Under the pieces are notes generated by a model. It worked only from the letters and a program-made list of their open reading frames with translations, was not told the origin of the DNA and made no database searches. From Pristiophorus japonicus (taxonomy: Eukaryota), in the NCBI RefSeq assembly GCF_044704955.1, contig NC_091982.1, forward strand, positions 146,630,001 to 146,694,000: a stretch of 64,000 nucleotides of DNA. The letters run 5' to 3'. How positions within the stretch are numbered: position 1 is the stretch's first letter; every line of letters begins with the position of its first letter. Both the position numbers and the translations under genes were made by a program. Shown here in pieces: positions 24,044-38,629 of the stretch.

Positions 24044-25222
24044 ATAAGATGGGATACTGAAGGTGCAGTCAAAGAGGAGGGCTTTGAAAGGGAGGCAGGT
24101 GGCAAGGCAGGTAGAGAATTCCAGCAGGCAGGAGCGTATTGACTGAGCAGCTGGCAAGGGACATGGAGACTTCTGGTGTTGGAGGAGTGCAGAATGCGTG
24201 CAGGGATAAAAGGTAGAAGATTGCTAACATCTAGCAGCTGTTTGTGCGTCAATAGAGCTGAGCTTCAAATGCTACCTTCGTTTGTTTTCTAAGGTTATAA
24301 CTTATTCAGGTGTAAGAACTGGGAAAATAAATGCTGGGTAACATTTATTAAGAAGCAGTAAAGTATATTTCTTGATGGGAAGTTCAAGCAATCGCAATTT
24401 CCCCAAATACACGGAGGCCATGCGAGGTATGTAAAGGGTGATGAGGAACCGAACTGTAAATATTCATAGTGCAGAATTTAAAGAAAATGTTTTCAATGAG
24501 GGAGTGACTCCTGCCAACAAATCGGAAACTGCCCAGAAGCATTTTGCACATAATGGACAGGTCGAAAATTTAAAAACTAACATTCACCACAACAGACGGA
24601 AGATCTCCAGCATCCACTGTAATTTACTGCTCGGTACAGTTACAGGAAAAAATCCTGGCAGATCACATACACCTCTTTAAATGTCTGAAATATCCACTAA
24701 TCATTCCGTTCCAGTCATTCTCTCCTTTCCCACCATCTCCAGTTCTGCATTAGTGGCATTGCTTCTGATAGTTGGAATAGGATCACACGGATAATTTACA
24801 TTCTCACCAAATGTTCATACAGTCAGATTTCAGTATATTTATTTCCCATCTTTACTTTGAATCTACAATTCAGCCCCATGCCTGTCCATCACAGTTCAGT
24901 GGATCTCTCACTTCGAATTTTATTTAAAATTAATGGATCTAACAGAATTCTCTAAATTCGTTTTTTTATTCCTCACTTTGGGAAGTCCGGTGACAACAAA
25001 CAAAAAAAATCCACGAACTGCGCACACGTAACTATTTCCGGTTCGTTGCCAGCAGTCACGTCCTTTCAATTATTGACTGATATATAATTGGAAAGCTGAG
25101 AAAGTTTCTATTGCTCAGCAATGAACCAGCAAACTGCTGTTTAATATTGTCAATAAATTCAGATACAAAACAATATAAAGGTTTTTTTTTTCTTTCATTC
25201 CCTTCTCACCCGCCCTTTTCAG

Positions 25223-25350
25223 GTCAAAAGCTAGTTGAGTGGCGCAACTTGGATGTGAATTCCTTCCTGGAACAGGTGACGGGGTTTTTAACAGAGCACG
25301 GTCTGTTAGATGGGCTCTCCTGTAGCCCACCAAAGAAACGTCTACGTTCA
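25223..25350 (+). CDS. UBXN7: UBX domain protein 7, internal exon (end of UAS domain)
   Basis: CAG acceptor, GTAAGT donor; encodes (G)QKLVEWRNLDVNSFLEQVTGFLTEHGLLDGLSCSPPKKRLRS, matching vertebrate UBXN7. Confidence 0.93.
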
Positions 25351-25682
25351 GTAAGTATGCAGAGGCACAGATGCTACCTGGGGGTGTGTGTGTGTGCTGA
25401 ATGCAATGCATGATGCGAGTACCTTGATGTTGGCTTTGTGGGGCAGGGAGGGAAAAGAGGCTGGTGTTCCATGGAGACTAGTGTGTGTGTGTGGGGTGGT
25501 GGGATGCCAGGCTACGGGTAGGGTGGGCAGGAGAATGCCAACTTGAGGGGTGGTGGGAAAGGAAGTCTGTTTCAGAACTTTGGGAGATAATTTTTGTTTT
25601 CAAGAGTTTTGATCCATTATATGATGGCCTGTTTACATTTCTTGTTGGATTTATTGCTGGTCTGTTTCCCATGATCTGTTAG

Positions 25683-26085
25683 GAGAGTTTAATTGATGCC
25701 AGCGAAGATAGCCAGCTAGAAGCAGCAATCAAGGCATCTCTACAAGAGACGCACTACGAGTCCTCGAGCCCCGAGAACGAGGATCAGTCGGACGAGGAGT
25801 CGGAGGCAGAAGCATTTTCGGATAGCGAGGGGTTCATCTCAATCAATGGATCAGATGAAGAAAGGGAAGAGGAAAGTAGCACAAAAAAGAAACCGTCTCC
25901 CCGCAAGGACCTGAGCTGTAAACAGACACGTGTAGAATTAACTGAAAGGACTGAGGCAGGGAAAGACACTGGTTTGGAATTTTCCTACAAGGACAGGTCT
26001 GAGAAAATTCGGTCAGGGGGAGACGCAGAAACCTCAACAAAGCAGCAAGAGATAGAAGACACAACAGAGTATTTTGATACTAGTG
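25683..26085 (+). CDS. UBXN7: UBXN7 exon with UIM and acidic linker
   Basis: TAG acceptor; ESLIDASEDSQLEAAIKASLQETH...; open for 403 bp; phase-1 donor G|GTGAG. Confidence 0.93.
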
Positions 26086-27284
26086 GTGAGGATCTTTTTC
26101 TGTTTTCCCTTAAGAAATTCATGAATGTATATATACGCTGATGAGAAGCAGGTGAGCTGTTGAACAGATTCCCATCAACAATTTCATTCTTTTTACTTTG
26201 AAGCTGAACGATCAGGTGCGTATAACTGCTATCTTCATTATTGCACGTAAGATTAGATCTCTGGTAAATGAAGCTGTTGCGGTGTTAGACAATCCTGAAA
26301 AAGAGAGGTTTGTTCAGGTTTTGTTTTGAAGGAAAACAACTCCTTGATGTCTAGGAAAATCCAGGATGTTAGTGCCCTTGGTGTGGCCTACAGAGACATT
26401 CAAGTTCCTGTTTTGATTAAATTGCTGGATTTTACCCTATCTATCAAAATACAGAAAATTTAAAATAATGAAAGCTTATATTTTGATATACTAGCAGAGC
26501 ACCTGTGGCCTTGCTCACAATGAGCTGGAGGTTTTATAAGATCCGGACGTGTTACTCAAAATAGTATTTCCAGGGACGCTGTATCGGGGGCAACTCTGGG
26601 ATCTGGCAGTTACTGAGATGCAATCTCTGGGATTAGCGGTGTTCTCGGGTAGCCTCCCAAGCTGTGCTGTTAGAGTCCCAGGTTTCCAAGAACATTGCCG
26701 TCAGAGATTCTAGGAACAAAGAAACCGATTCTGGGATCTATGGATTCTTGGGAACTAAAGGCATAGGAGAGAGGGTTCTCATGGTCTGGGATTATTGGTG
26801 GCAGTTCGGGGATCAGGGAGCACTGCGACTGCAGGCTGCAGATTTGGGCGCTCTCAGAGAATGTCCTGGGATTCAGGAAGAGAGCAATCCTGCAGGACTG
26901 GGAAGGGAGTGATTTGGAGCATTGGGATTTCTGGGACCTGTCAGTACTGGAGAGGGAGCAGGGATTAATAGCTTTGTGGGGGGCCCAGGAGAATGGGACC
27001 TAAACTGCTGTTGGCCTCTTTCAAGCTATTGGACTTCATATGAACCATCAGCCCACTCCCCCACACACATTCCCGCCAGTCACCCCTCCTTCCCTGACCT
27101 AACCACAGCCTATTTCACACCCTCAAGTGCCCCCATTACCGCTGTCTGCCAGTTCATGTTATGTTCCTGCCTTAAAGCATTTAAACGTAAATTTTCTGCT
27201 TAAAATTAATGGATGGAAAATCATAAGCTGGGTTGTGCAATTGGTTGATGTGCAGTCACCTACTAGCGAGTTTACACACATTGC

Positions 27285-27620
27285 CATTTATTTATATAGC
27301 GCCGTTAATGTAGTAAAATGTCCCAAGGCGCTTTACAGCGGTGTTATAAGACAAAACAAATAAACTTGACCAAGCGACATAAGAAGAAATGACGGCAGAT
27401 GAGGAGTTAAGTTTTAAGGAGGCTAGGGAGGCGGAGAGGTTTAGGCAGGGAGTTCCAGAGCTTTGGGGCCTAGGCAACAAAAGGCACCGCCACCAATGGT
27501 TGAGCAGTTATAATCAGAGATGCTCAAGATGGCAGAATTTGAGGAGCGCAGACATCTCGTGGCGTTGTGAGGCTGGAAGAGATTACAGATAGGGAGGGGC
27601 GAGGCCATGGAGGGATTTAA
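27285..27620 (-). mobile_element. L2-like LINE 3' fragment
   Basis: Similar to 32110-32780 and, in reverse, to 44565-44850. Confidence 0.7.
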
Positions 27621-28805
27621 GCAGACAAAAAGTACCTCAAAGGTTTATTGCTCGTACAGTTCCCAGTTCATTAAAACATTTTTTAAAAATTGTATGGGAG
27701 AGATTGTTTAAATATATACAACCAAAAGAGATAATTGATTTAAAAAATAATCTGTTCTGCAGAAGCCCCCACTTCATTGTCTTTACACTCATCAGTGATA
27801 AAAGCTGCGACTCTTCATCTTGTGCCGTTGTTTTTCTTTGAGGAGTTAATAATAGAAAAGCATAGTTGTAATATTTATATAAATTCATCACTCACCTGAA
27901 GTCAAAGCTTTGAGAATTCAACCTTCAATTTCTTTCAAAGTCTTTTAGAAAGAGCAAACCCTCACTGGAGGTAAGCTAACAGTCCCCTCTTCCAACTCCT
28001 GCTAATGCAGTTGCATGTTAGAACATTCTGTGATCGGCATATGCACGGATGTGATTGAAAGTCCCATCACAACTGTTGAGCTAAAAATATCCGATCGAAC
28101 GCTAGGCTTTTGAGATAGGCTGATATCTTGAAGTAGCCTCACTAATAAAGATATTAAAAAACATAAAGGACAATATAATGGTTCACTTAATCATGTTATT
28201 GTGAAATATGCATTTTCTTGCATTTGTTTAAACCTTTATTTTGGACAGTTGCTGAGGCAGAAAAATTGGCTGAAAAGTTTTCAGAAAGCATTTTGAGCGA
28301 TTTGTGGAGAAACAATTATACATTACCACCTACTGGTCAGAGCCTGTAACTGAGTAATGACACTGGTGCTACGTAAAACATGGCAACCGGAAGTAAGGTT
28401 CTGCAGACAGGAATTGTGCATGGATGTAAGAAAACATTAGATAAACTCAAAGGCTTCTAGAAATGAAGCAAATGAGGGGTGACATTATAAAATATACCTG
28501 CAGGGTTACCAACCTAGAACTGGAAAATGGGATTAGGCTGGATAGCGTCTTATTGGCTGGCACGGACACGATGGGCCGAAATGGCCTCCTTCCGTGCTGT
28601 AAACGTCTATGATTCAATTGGAATAGAAAAGGTTATTCCAGAGCACTATTTCTACTTAAATTGGAGATATAGGCCACAGGTAGAAATGTAAAAGGCGAGT
28701 TCAGAATTGCCGTCAGAAAGCACTTCTGCACAAACAATGTTTAATAGCTGGAATGGTCTCCTGAGTCGTAAGCATTGGACAGTTATTGAAGGGAAGACTA
28801 TAGGT

Positions 28806-31325
28806 TTAAGAAATAGGAGCAGGAGTACGCCATTCGGCCTCTCGAGCCTGCTCCACCATTCAATAAGATCATGGCTGATCTGGTCATGGACTCAGCTCCA
28901 CTTCCCTGCCTGCTCCCCATAACCCTTGACTCCCTTATCGCTCAAAAATCTGTCTATCTCCGCTTTAAATATATTCAATGACCCAGCCTCCACAGCTCTC
29001 TGGGGTAGAGAATTCCATAGATTTACAACCCTCAGAAGAAATTTCTCCTCATCTCAGTTTTAAATGGGCGGCCCCTTATTCTAAGACTTAGTCCCCTAGT
29101 TTTAGTTTCTCCTATGAGTGGAAATATCCTCTCTTATGCACCCTGCTAGTTATATCCATCTTGTTGAGCTCACTCATTATCTTAAGTTTTAATAAGACCA
29201 CCTCTTATTCTTCTGAATTCCAATGTGTATAGGCCTATCCTCATAAGTCAACCCCCTCATCTCCGGAATCAACCTAGTGAATCTTCTCTGAACAGCCTCC
29301 AATGCAAGTATATACTTCCTTAAATACGGAGACCAAAACTGTACGAAGTACTTCAAATGTGGCCTCACCAATACCTGTACAGTTGTAGCAGGACTTCTCT
29401 GCTTTTATACTCTATCCCCCTTGCAATAAAGGCCAACATTTCATTTGCCTTCCTGATTACTTGCTGTACCTGCATACTAACTTTTTGTGTTTCATGCATA
29501 AGGATATCCAGGTGTCTCTGTACTGCAGCACTTTGCAATTTTTCTCCATTTAAATTATCATTTGCTTTTCTATTATTTCCTCCAAAGTGGATAACCTCAC
29601 ATTTTTCCACATTAAACTCTATCTGCCAAATTTTTGCCCACTCACTTAGCCTGTCTATATCCCTTTGCAGATTTTTTGTGTCATCCTGATAATTTGCTTT
29701 CCTACCCCTCTATGTATCATAAGCAAACTTGACTACATGACACTTGGTCACTTCATTCAAGTCATTAATATAGATTGTAAATAGTTGAGGACCCAGCACT
29801 GATCCTTACGGCACCCCACTAGTCACGGTTTGCCAACCGGAAAATTACTTATTTATCCCGACTCTCTATTTTCTGTTCGTTAACCAATCCTCTGTCCATG
29901 CTAACATAATGCCCCCAACCAAGTGAGCTTTTATCTTGTGCAGTAACCTTTTATGTAGCACCTTATCAAATCCCTTCTGGAAATCCAAATACACCACCTC
30001 GCTTATCCACCCTGCTAGTTACATCCTCAAAGATTTCCAGCAAGTTTGTCAAACATGATTTCCCTTTCATAAAACCATGCTGGCTCTGCCATTGAATCAT
30101 GCTTTTCCAAATGTTCCGCTACTGTTTCCTTAATAATGGACTTCAGCATTGTCCCAACGACATTTGTTAGGCTAACTGGTCTATAGTTTCCTGCTTTTTG
30201 TCTGCCTCCCTTTTTTAAATAGGGGCGTTACATTTGCAGTTTTCCAATCTGCTGGGACCGCCCCAGAATCCAGGGCATTTTGGTAGATTACAATCAATGC
30301 ATTCACTACCTCTGCTGCCACTTCTCTTAAGACCCGAGGATGTAGAGCATCAGGTCATGGGGCTTGTCCCATTATTTTACCTCGTACTACCTCATTTGTG
30401 ATGGTGACTGTATTAAGTTCCTCCCTACCTATAGTCCCTTGCTTATCCACTATTGGGATGTTTTTAGTGTCTTCTACCATGAAGACTGATAAAAAATATT
30501 TGTTCAATGTCTCTGCCATTTCCCTGTTCTCCATTATTAATTCTCCAGTCTCATCCTCCAAGGGACCAACATTTACTTTAGCCACTCTTTTCCTTTTTAT
30601 GTACCTGTAGAAACTCTGACTATCTGTTTTTATATTTCGTGCTAGTTTACTTTCATAATCTATCTTCCCTCTCAATCATTTTTTTTAGTCGTTCTCTGCT
30701 GGTTTTTAAAAGTTTCCCAATCCTCTGGCCTCCCACTAGTCTTGGCCACATTGTATGCCCTTGTTTTCAATTTGATACCATCCCTTATTTCCTTAGTTAG
30801 CCACGAATGGTTATCCCTTCTCTTAGTCTTTCCTTCTCATTGGGATATATTTTTTTGTGAGTTATGAAATAAGTTCCTTAAATGTCTGCCACTACTCTTC
30901 AATCATCCCATACCTTTAGTCTATTTTCCAAGTCCACTTTAGCCAACTCCGCCTTCATGTCTTTGTAGTCCCCTTTATTTAAGCTGAGGACACTGGTTTG
31001 AGAACCAACTTTCTATCCCTCCAACTGAATTTGAAATTCAATCATATTGTGGTCACACATTCCTAGAGGATCTTTTACTACGTGATCATTTATTAATCCT
31101 ACCTCATTACACAGTACTAGATCTCAGATCGCCTGCTCCCTGGTTGGTTCTGCCACGTACTGTTCAAGGAAACTATCCCAGATACACTGTATGAACTCCT
31201 CCTCAAGACTACCCTGGCCAATTTGCTTTGTCCAATCAATATGAAGGTTAAAATCACCCATGATTATTGCTGTTCCTTTTTTACTAGCCTCCATTATTTC
31301 TTGATTTATACTTCGTCCAATAGTG
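28806..31325 (-). mobile_element. CR1-type LINE, long decayed copy in UBXN7 intron
   Basis: Endonuclease piece IIMGDFNLHIDW...EPTREQAI through the RT and 3' UTR. Confidence 0.92.
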
Positions 31326-32109
31326 TTGTAGAGATTATACTGATGTACTGTGGGACAGGGCAGGGTGTTGTCGAGATTACACTGTGATGGATGGGCTGAA
31401 TGGCCTCCCGTTCTGCGTCTTTGTGATGACTGACTGCAGGTTGGCCCCCCTGCCTGCCAGATCTTCCTGGTGCACACTGCAGAGCTGAATGGACATACCC
31501 AGAATGATGGCCAAATTTGGAATGCAGACACTTTTATGGATAAGGGTGGTACTGAAAACAGCAAGAGAGAGAGGGCCTACTTCTGTCAGCCATTATCATC
31601 AGTACAAGTGCCGTGACTCCCTGCCTTTCCACAAATGTTGCTGCAGTGTGTGTGGCAGCTTAAGACATTGCCCTTTCAAATTACAAGAGGAGATCTGATC
31701 CTGTCTAAAAGCAGTGTACAGCACTGGAAATTCAGTGCATTGCCTTTAATATGGAAATGGAAACGTCTCAAAAATGGTAAACTGTTGGTATCTATGTTGG
31801 TGCTTTTGTTCATCAGCTACATTGTACAAAACTCTCAGCCTTTACAACTAGTTGCTGCATGACGTGATGACGAATAAGGGTGTTTCTACTTTTACCTCGG
31901 TTATTTTTTTAACTAGCTAGATTTAAAATAAAAGTTATCTTTCCTTTGCCCAAAATGCCTGTGAGAAAGCAGTGAATTCCTTTGTTCAGAAATCAATTTA
32001 AATAAATGTTGTGTTGGATGGCTGAAACAAATAATTTCAAATGTTATTGTATGCTGATTGACAGACAGTGGAATAGATGATAGAAATACTGACCCATGAA
32101 TTCAACAGT

Positions 32110-32780
32110 AACAACAACTTGTATTTAAATAGCATCTTTTAATGTAGTAAAACATCCCATGTCACTTCACAGCAGTGTTGTAAGACAAAACAAATAAATT
32201 TGACACCGAGCCACATAAGAAATTATGGCAGATGACCAAAAGCTTGGTTAAAGAGGTATGTTTTAAGGAGCGTCTTAAAGTCGGAAAGAAAAGTAGAGAG
32301 GCGGAGAGGTTTAGGGAGGGAGTTCCAGAGCTTGGGGCCCAGGCAGCAGAAGGCACGGCCACCGATGGTTGAACAATTTTAATCAGAGATGCTCGAGGGC
32401 AGAATTTGAGGAGCGCACACATCTTGGGGGGAGGGGGGGGTTGTTGTGAGGCTGAAGGAGATTCCAGAGCTAGGGAGGGGGCGAGGCCATAGAGGGATTT
32501 GTAAACCAGGATGAGAATTTTGAAAACGAGGCGTTGCTTAACCGGGAGCCAATGTAGGTCAGCGAGCACAGGGGTGATGGGTGAGCGGGACTTGTTGCAA
32601 GTTAGGACATGGGGCTGACGAGTTTACGTAGAATAAAATGTGGAAGGCCAGCCAGGAGTGCATTGGAATAGTCAAGTCTGGAGGTAGCAAAGGCATGGAT
32701 GAGGGTTTCAGCAGCAGATGAGCTGGGGCAGAGACGGGCGATATATTACGGAGGTGAAAACGAGGCGTTTTAGTTATACA
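32110..32780 (-). mobile_element. L2-like LINE 3' fragment
   Basis: LADLHWLPVKQRLVFKILILVYKSLYGLAP is a typical L2 ORF2 C-terminal motif. Confidence 0.85.
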
Positions 32781-33322
32781 GTTTGCTAAAGGGGGAAACA
32801 CCATCTAAGAGAAATGTATATAGCAAATGGCAATGCCCAAACCTTAGAAAGCTTCACTGCAAATGATAAAATCGCTTAAATTCCTTACTTGAAAAGTAGT
32901 AGTATGAGTCATAGCTCTGACTTACTTCTTGTTCAGGCATACTAAACTCTATGGGTAAACTAAGGGTTATCTGTGTACTCCAACTTTTATTAAAAATCTA
33001 CAAAGAGACAAGCTTACCTGTTTTTATCGAAGTTCTAGTTCCTTTCAGACTATTTAAGAAATGCCATTTTCAAATTGACAGTATTTAAATACTTTTAAAA
33101 GAATGATGCTGTTGGGTATCTTGATGTATCCCTTGACCACTGTGTATTTTACCTGTAAACAAATCAGGCCAAGTAGTTTAGCCAGTATGCATTGGTCTAT
33201 GAAAGTTATATTGGGCCTTTTGGCAGGGTCGTCCCATTGATTATCCAGTGAGCAATGTGCTGCAATTAGGGATAAATTGGTGCACTTTGGCACTCAAACC
33301 TATACATATAAATAAGAAAGAA

Positions 33323-33730
33323 AGAAAGACTTGCACTTATATAGAGCATTCCACGACCACCAGACCAGTGAAGTACTTTTTGGAGCGGAGTCACTGTTGT
33401 AATGTGGGAAACACGGCAGCCAACTTGCGCACAGCAAACTCCCACAAACAGCAATGTGATAATAATCAGATAATCTGGTTTTGTTATGTTGATTGAGGGA
33501 TAAATATTGGCCAAGACACCAGGGATAACTCCCCTGCTCTTCAAAATGGGATATTTTACGTCCACTTGAGAGAGCAGACGGGGCCTCGGTTTAAAGTCTC
33601 ATCCAAAAGACGGCGCTCCCTCAGCACTGCACTGGAGTGTCAGCCTAGATTTATAAACTCGAGTTCCTGGATTGGGACTTGAACCCACAATCTTCTGACT
33701 CGGAGGCAAGTGTGCTACACAGCTGACACT
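33323..33730 (-). mobile_element. Deu-domain tRNA-derived SINE, near full length
   Basis: Reverse complement of 45742-46182. Confidence 0.85.
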
Positions 33731-34700
33731 GTGTCACAGTGGCACAGGAAGCTGGAGTGATGACAATTATATTTTTAATGGGACTTTGATCTTTTCATAT
33801 TTACAGTCTATTTTATTTCCTGTTACACTGGCCTTTGAAGAGGCTGGTGCTGCAGTGTCTCCCTTGTTTTCCAGGCTCTGTGAGAGTGGTTGCATAGTTT
33901 GAGACTTATTTTCATTGACCATTCTGTATTCAGAAGCTGCCTGCAATTGGGTATGAGCGTGACATACTTTTGCTAGTTTGGCAGTTATCTTCTAACTTCA
34001 CTATATATGGGCAGAGGCTAGCTAAGGACTCCCAAGTTATCGTTCTCAAATAAAGCTTCCCATCATGGTCCAAACAAGAGACCACTGCTAAAGAATTCTT
34101 GAATGTTATTGTTTTGAAAAGCAAATTGAGTTATGTCAGATATTATATCCTCACTAAAATCTGCCATTTAGTAGGAAAATTAAAAGATTTGAAACAAAGT
34201 TTATTTGCAGTTCTGGTCTAAGATCCAAGGTCTGTCAACATTTGTCTGTCAGTCAGAGAGGCCAGGGTTTACCTGTTATTCCAAATTACTTAGTACATTC
34301 GGTCATATATTATGGTCTGTGAGCATTGGGGGCTTGTATTGGGCATGAAAACACCATCTAGAGTGAGCTTGAATCACAACAAAGGCCATGGACCTCTCCT
34401 GTGTGTTCCACAAAAAAGGAATTCATCTGTCCAGCTGTCTTGAAATCTGTAAGCCTCTAAATCTATTTCCATTACTTGGAATCCTTTCCTTCTACTTCGA
34501 ACAGACAAACAATAATAATAGTAGCAGAAGTTGAACAATCTGACTGTTAGAAATGTTGCAACACTATCTTTTGGTAATACTGAAAGATTAAGCAATCCTG
34601 ACTGATTTCCAGTAGCCCAGCTCACAAGCTGGGTGCCACTGCCACCTTTCAGCTCCCAGCTCCTCCGCATTGTACCACCAGGGCTCCCAGCAGCCAGGAC

Positions 34701-36420
34701 ACATAGAAACATAGAAAATAGGTGCAGGAGTAGGCCATTCTGCCCTTCAAGCCTACACCGCCATTCAATAAGATCATGGCTGATCATTCCTTCAGTACCA
34801 CTTTACTGCTTTCTCTCCATACCCCTTGATCCCCTTAACCGTAAGGGCCATATCTAACTCCCTCTTGAATATATCCAATGAACTGGCATCAACAACTTTC
34901 TGCGGCAGGGAAATCCACAGGCTAACAACTCTCTGAGAGAAGAAGTTTCTCCTCATCTCAGTCCTAAATGGCCTACCCCTTATCCTAAGACTGTGTCCCC
35001 TGGTTCTGGACTTCCCCAACATCGAGAACATTCTTCCCGCATCTAACCTGTCCAGTCCCGTCAGAATCTTATATGTTTGTATGAGATCCCCTCTCATCCT
35101 TCTAAACACCAGTGAATAAAGGCCCAGTTGATCCAGTCTCTCCTCATATGACAGCCCAGCCATCCCTGGAATCAGTCTGGTGAACCTTCGCTGCACACCC
35201 TCAATAGCAAGAACGTCCTTCCTCAGACTAGACCAAAACTGAACACAATATTCTAGATGAGGCCTCACTAAGGCCCTGTACAACTGCAGTAAGACCTCCC
35301 TGCTCCTATACTCAAATCCCCTAGCTATGAAGGCCAACATACCATTTGCCTTCTTTACCGCCTGCTGTACCTGCATGCCCACTTTCAGTGACTGATGAAC
35401 CATGACACCAGGTCTCGTTGCACCTCCCCTTTTTCTAGTCTGCCATTCAGATAATATTCTGCCTTCGTGTTTTTGCCCCCAAAATGGATAACCTCACATT
35501 TATCCACATTATACTGCATCTGCCATATATTTGCCCACTCGCCTAATCTGTCCAAGTCACCCTGCAACCTCTTAGCGTCCTCCTCACAGCTCACACCGCC
35601 ACCCAGTTTAGTGTCATCTGCAAACTTGGAGATATTATACTCTATTCCTTCATCCAACTCATTAATGTATATTGTAAAGAGCTGGTGTCCCAGCACTGAG
35701 CCCTGCGGCACCCCACTAGTCACTGCCTGCCATTCTGAAAAGGACCTGTTTATCCCGACTCTCTGCTTCCTGTCTGCCAACCAGTTCTCTATCCACGTCA
35801 GTACATTACCCCCAATACCATGCGCTTTGATTTTGCACACCAATCTCTTGTGCAGGACCTTGTCAAAAGCCTTTTGAAAGTCCAAATACACCACATCCAC
35901 TGGTTCTCCCTTGTCCACTCTACTAGTTACATCCTCAAAAAATTCCAGAAGATTCGTCAAGCATGATTTCCCTTTCATAAATCCATGCTGACTCGGTCCG
36001 ATCCTGTCACTGCTCTCCAAATGGGCTGCTATTTCATCCTTAATGATTGATTCCAACATTTTCCCCACTACTGATGTCAGGCTAACCAGTCTATAATTAC
36101 CTGCTTTCTCTCCCTCCTTTTTAAAAAAAAAAAAAAGTGGCGTTACATTAGCTACCCTCCAGTCCATGGGAACTGATCCAGAGTCGATAGATTGTTGGAA
36201 AATGATCACCAATGCATCCACTATTTCTAGGGCCACTTCCTTAAGTACTCTGGGATGCAGACTATCAGGCCCCGGGGATTTAGTGGCCTTTAATCCCATC
36301 AATTTCCCTCACACAATTTCCTGCCTAATAAGGATATCTTTCAGTTCCTCATTCTCACTAGACCCACTGTCCCCTAGTACATTCGGAAGGTTATTTGTAT
36401 CTTCCTTTGTGAAGACAGAC
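34701..36420 (-). mobile_element. CR1-type LINE, relatively young 5'-truncated copy
   Basis: 305-aa RT ORF ([25 protein letters not shown]) continued after a frameshift by a 203-aa ORF; (TTTCTATG)n tail. Confidence 0.95.
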
Positions 36421-37881
36421 ACGGGTGCAGAAATACTCCATCCACAACACTGTCTGCTTTGGAATGCACAATTATTACATTGAGAAAAACTTTCCTTTTC
36501 TCACATCTTTCACATCATCGGGGCGTCCCAAAGCGATTCAGAGCCAATGAATTACTGTGAAAAGTATCGATGTTGTCTTGTGGCAAACACGGCGGATAAT
36601 TTGTACATGGCAATGTACCACAGATAGTAATGAGATACTGACCCGTGAATCTGTTTTAGTGCCATTGGATGATGGATAGATGCTGGCCAGACCTCTCGTG
36701 CTCCTCTTCAGATAGTGCCGTGGGATGTTTACATCTTTACATCCACCTGAGTAGGCAGTCAGGGCCTGGGTTTAATGTCTCATCTGAAACTTGGGACCGT
36801 TATTAACTACACGTTGATACACTCATGGAGTCCAGCAATTGTCGGAACTATTTTAATGTTTGCGATTCCCATACATTTGTATATGTACATCATGTAAATC
36901 ATAGGCCATTTAAAAAAGAAAACTCTGATTATGACAGGTCTTCTGAGTATGGCACAATCCAATGTACTTGTTGAAATGAGAAACGAGGGAAAAATTTATT
37001 TGTGGATACCAACTGACAATGACATAACTAAAATCTTGGTGAATTGAACCTCTGCCATGCTGACCCTTGCCTTGATCTTTAGGGTAGATTATAGAATCAT
37101 GAAATGATGCACCACAGAAGGAAGCCATTCGGCCCATCATACTTGTGTTGGCTCTTTTAAAGAGCTATCCAAGGGTCTTGTATGTGGCTCGCCTTATATG
37201 TGGATTTATACTGCATATCTAACGGCACATAACTGCTTTGCTTCTGGGAAAAGACTATTGGTACTGAGATGGGATGGTGATTTAGAACAGAGTTGTCGGA
37301 TTCTTCCCCACTGGTAACCTGAACATCCGTGTGCTTTGTGATGAATGATTCCTATTCAAAGAATGACAAACACACTAAGTAATCTATAGTGGGCTTTTTA
37401 TTCCTATGTGGATGGAAAGGATTACAAAAGATACTTGGGAGCACCAATTTAATACCACAATTAAACTGCATTAACTGGACTAGTGCTAGCCCCAAAAAAG
37501 GTGGCATGTTGAGCCTAATTGTGACGACCTACAGCAGTCACTGTCTTGCACTAATTTCCTTTGTGCCTGCACAGTCTAACTGCCACTGATTCCTCTGCAG
37601 TTTGACTTCCATAAAAACCATTGAAAGTTTTCTTTTCTTGAAGACTAGTGTGTTAAAGGGCCACATCCAGACCTGACAGGAGTGGGTCGACAGTTCTCTG
37701 TTGACTATAAGGTTGCCAATTATGTTGCATGTGATCCTTAAGCACTCTGCACCCTGGGAGAAAGTGGCTCAAATAAGTTAGCATTGGCCACATGAATCAT
37801 TTCATAAACTGAGCTGGCACTCTACTGACTGGCATGGAGTAATGACTACAGTGTGTTCTTGTGTATTATTTTCTTAAACAG

Positions 37882-37961
37882 GACCAAAGGCAAGTCTGAT
37901 GCTGCGATATCCAAATGGACAAAGGGAACAGATTGCACTCCCAGCTCAAGCAAAACTACTG
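37882..37961 (+). CDS. UBXN7: UBXN7 penultimate exon (UBX domain start)
   Basis: CAG acceptor; (G)PKASLMLRYPNGQREQIALPAQAKLL; GT donor; phase matches the neighbouring exons. Confidence 0.93.
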
Positions 37962-38629
37962 GTCAGTAATTAGTTTTCCCAGTACCTGCAGTTGAGGGGA
38001 AGTAGGAGGATGGAATAGAATATTTATACTAGCTGAACCAGAAGACGTTTTAGCTGACTTAGTCCATCATTCTGACCTACTGCAGCCACAGGTTCTTGTT
38101 GTGGAGAGCTGCAGTCTCGGATGGTTTGATGGAAATGTGATGCTCGGGTCACAAGTCCATCTTATCCGTGTTCCACACAAATGTACTGAGGAACCGTGTG
38201 CTCAGTGAGTTTCAACCTCTTCCGTTTGGTTCTGTCTGCTTCTTAGAAGTTGCACTGGATGTATGGTTGCAGGGTGCCTAAATTGCACCATAATGAGCGA
38301 GTCTGTAGAAATCAGGAGAGAGTGCATTTCCCTATTTCCACATACAAGTGAAGTCAGAGAAACACTGCAGCCCTGTCCCTGGGATTTCAGCAAACTGGAA
38401 TGGTGGATGTGGAAAGTGTCCACTTGGAGTGTGGGAAAAAACACCCAGCAGTGCAATTATTGAAGAATTTGATTGTGTCTTGAGAGCTTTTTGAGTTGCA
38501 CAACACTGAAGTACTGGTAGTAACAGTTCTCTGTTGGGAAGTTGGGAAGTTGGGAACAATGTGATGTGATGAGTTAAGAGTATCGCACAAAACAACATGC
38601 CAGCAAAACATTGAAGCGTGTTGGCTGAA

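Noticed and set aside
35385-36302. Reverse transcriptase ORFs as a possible domesticated gene or novel RT system (also 62940-63926)
   Set aside because: They are truncated or frameshifted members of the multi-copy CR1 family with normal 3' tails.
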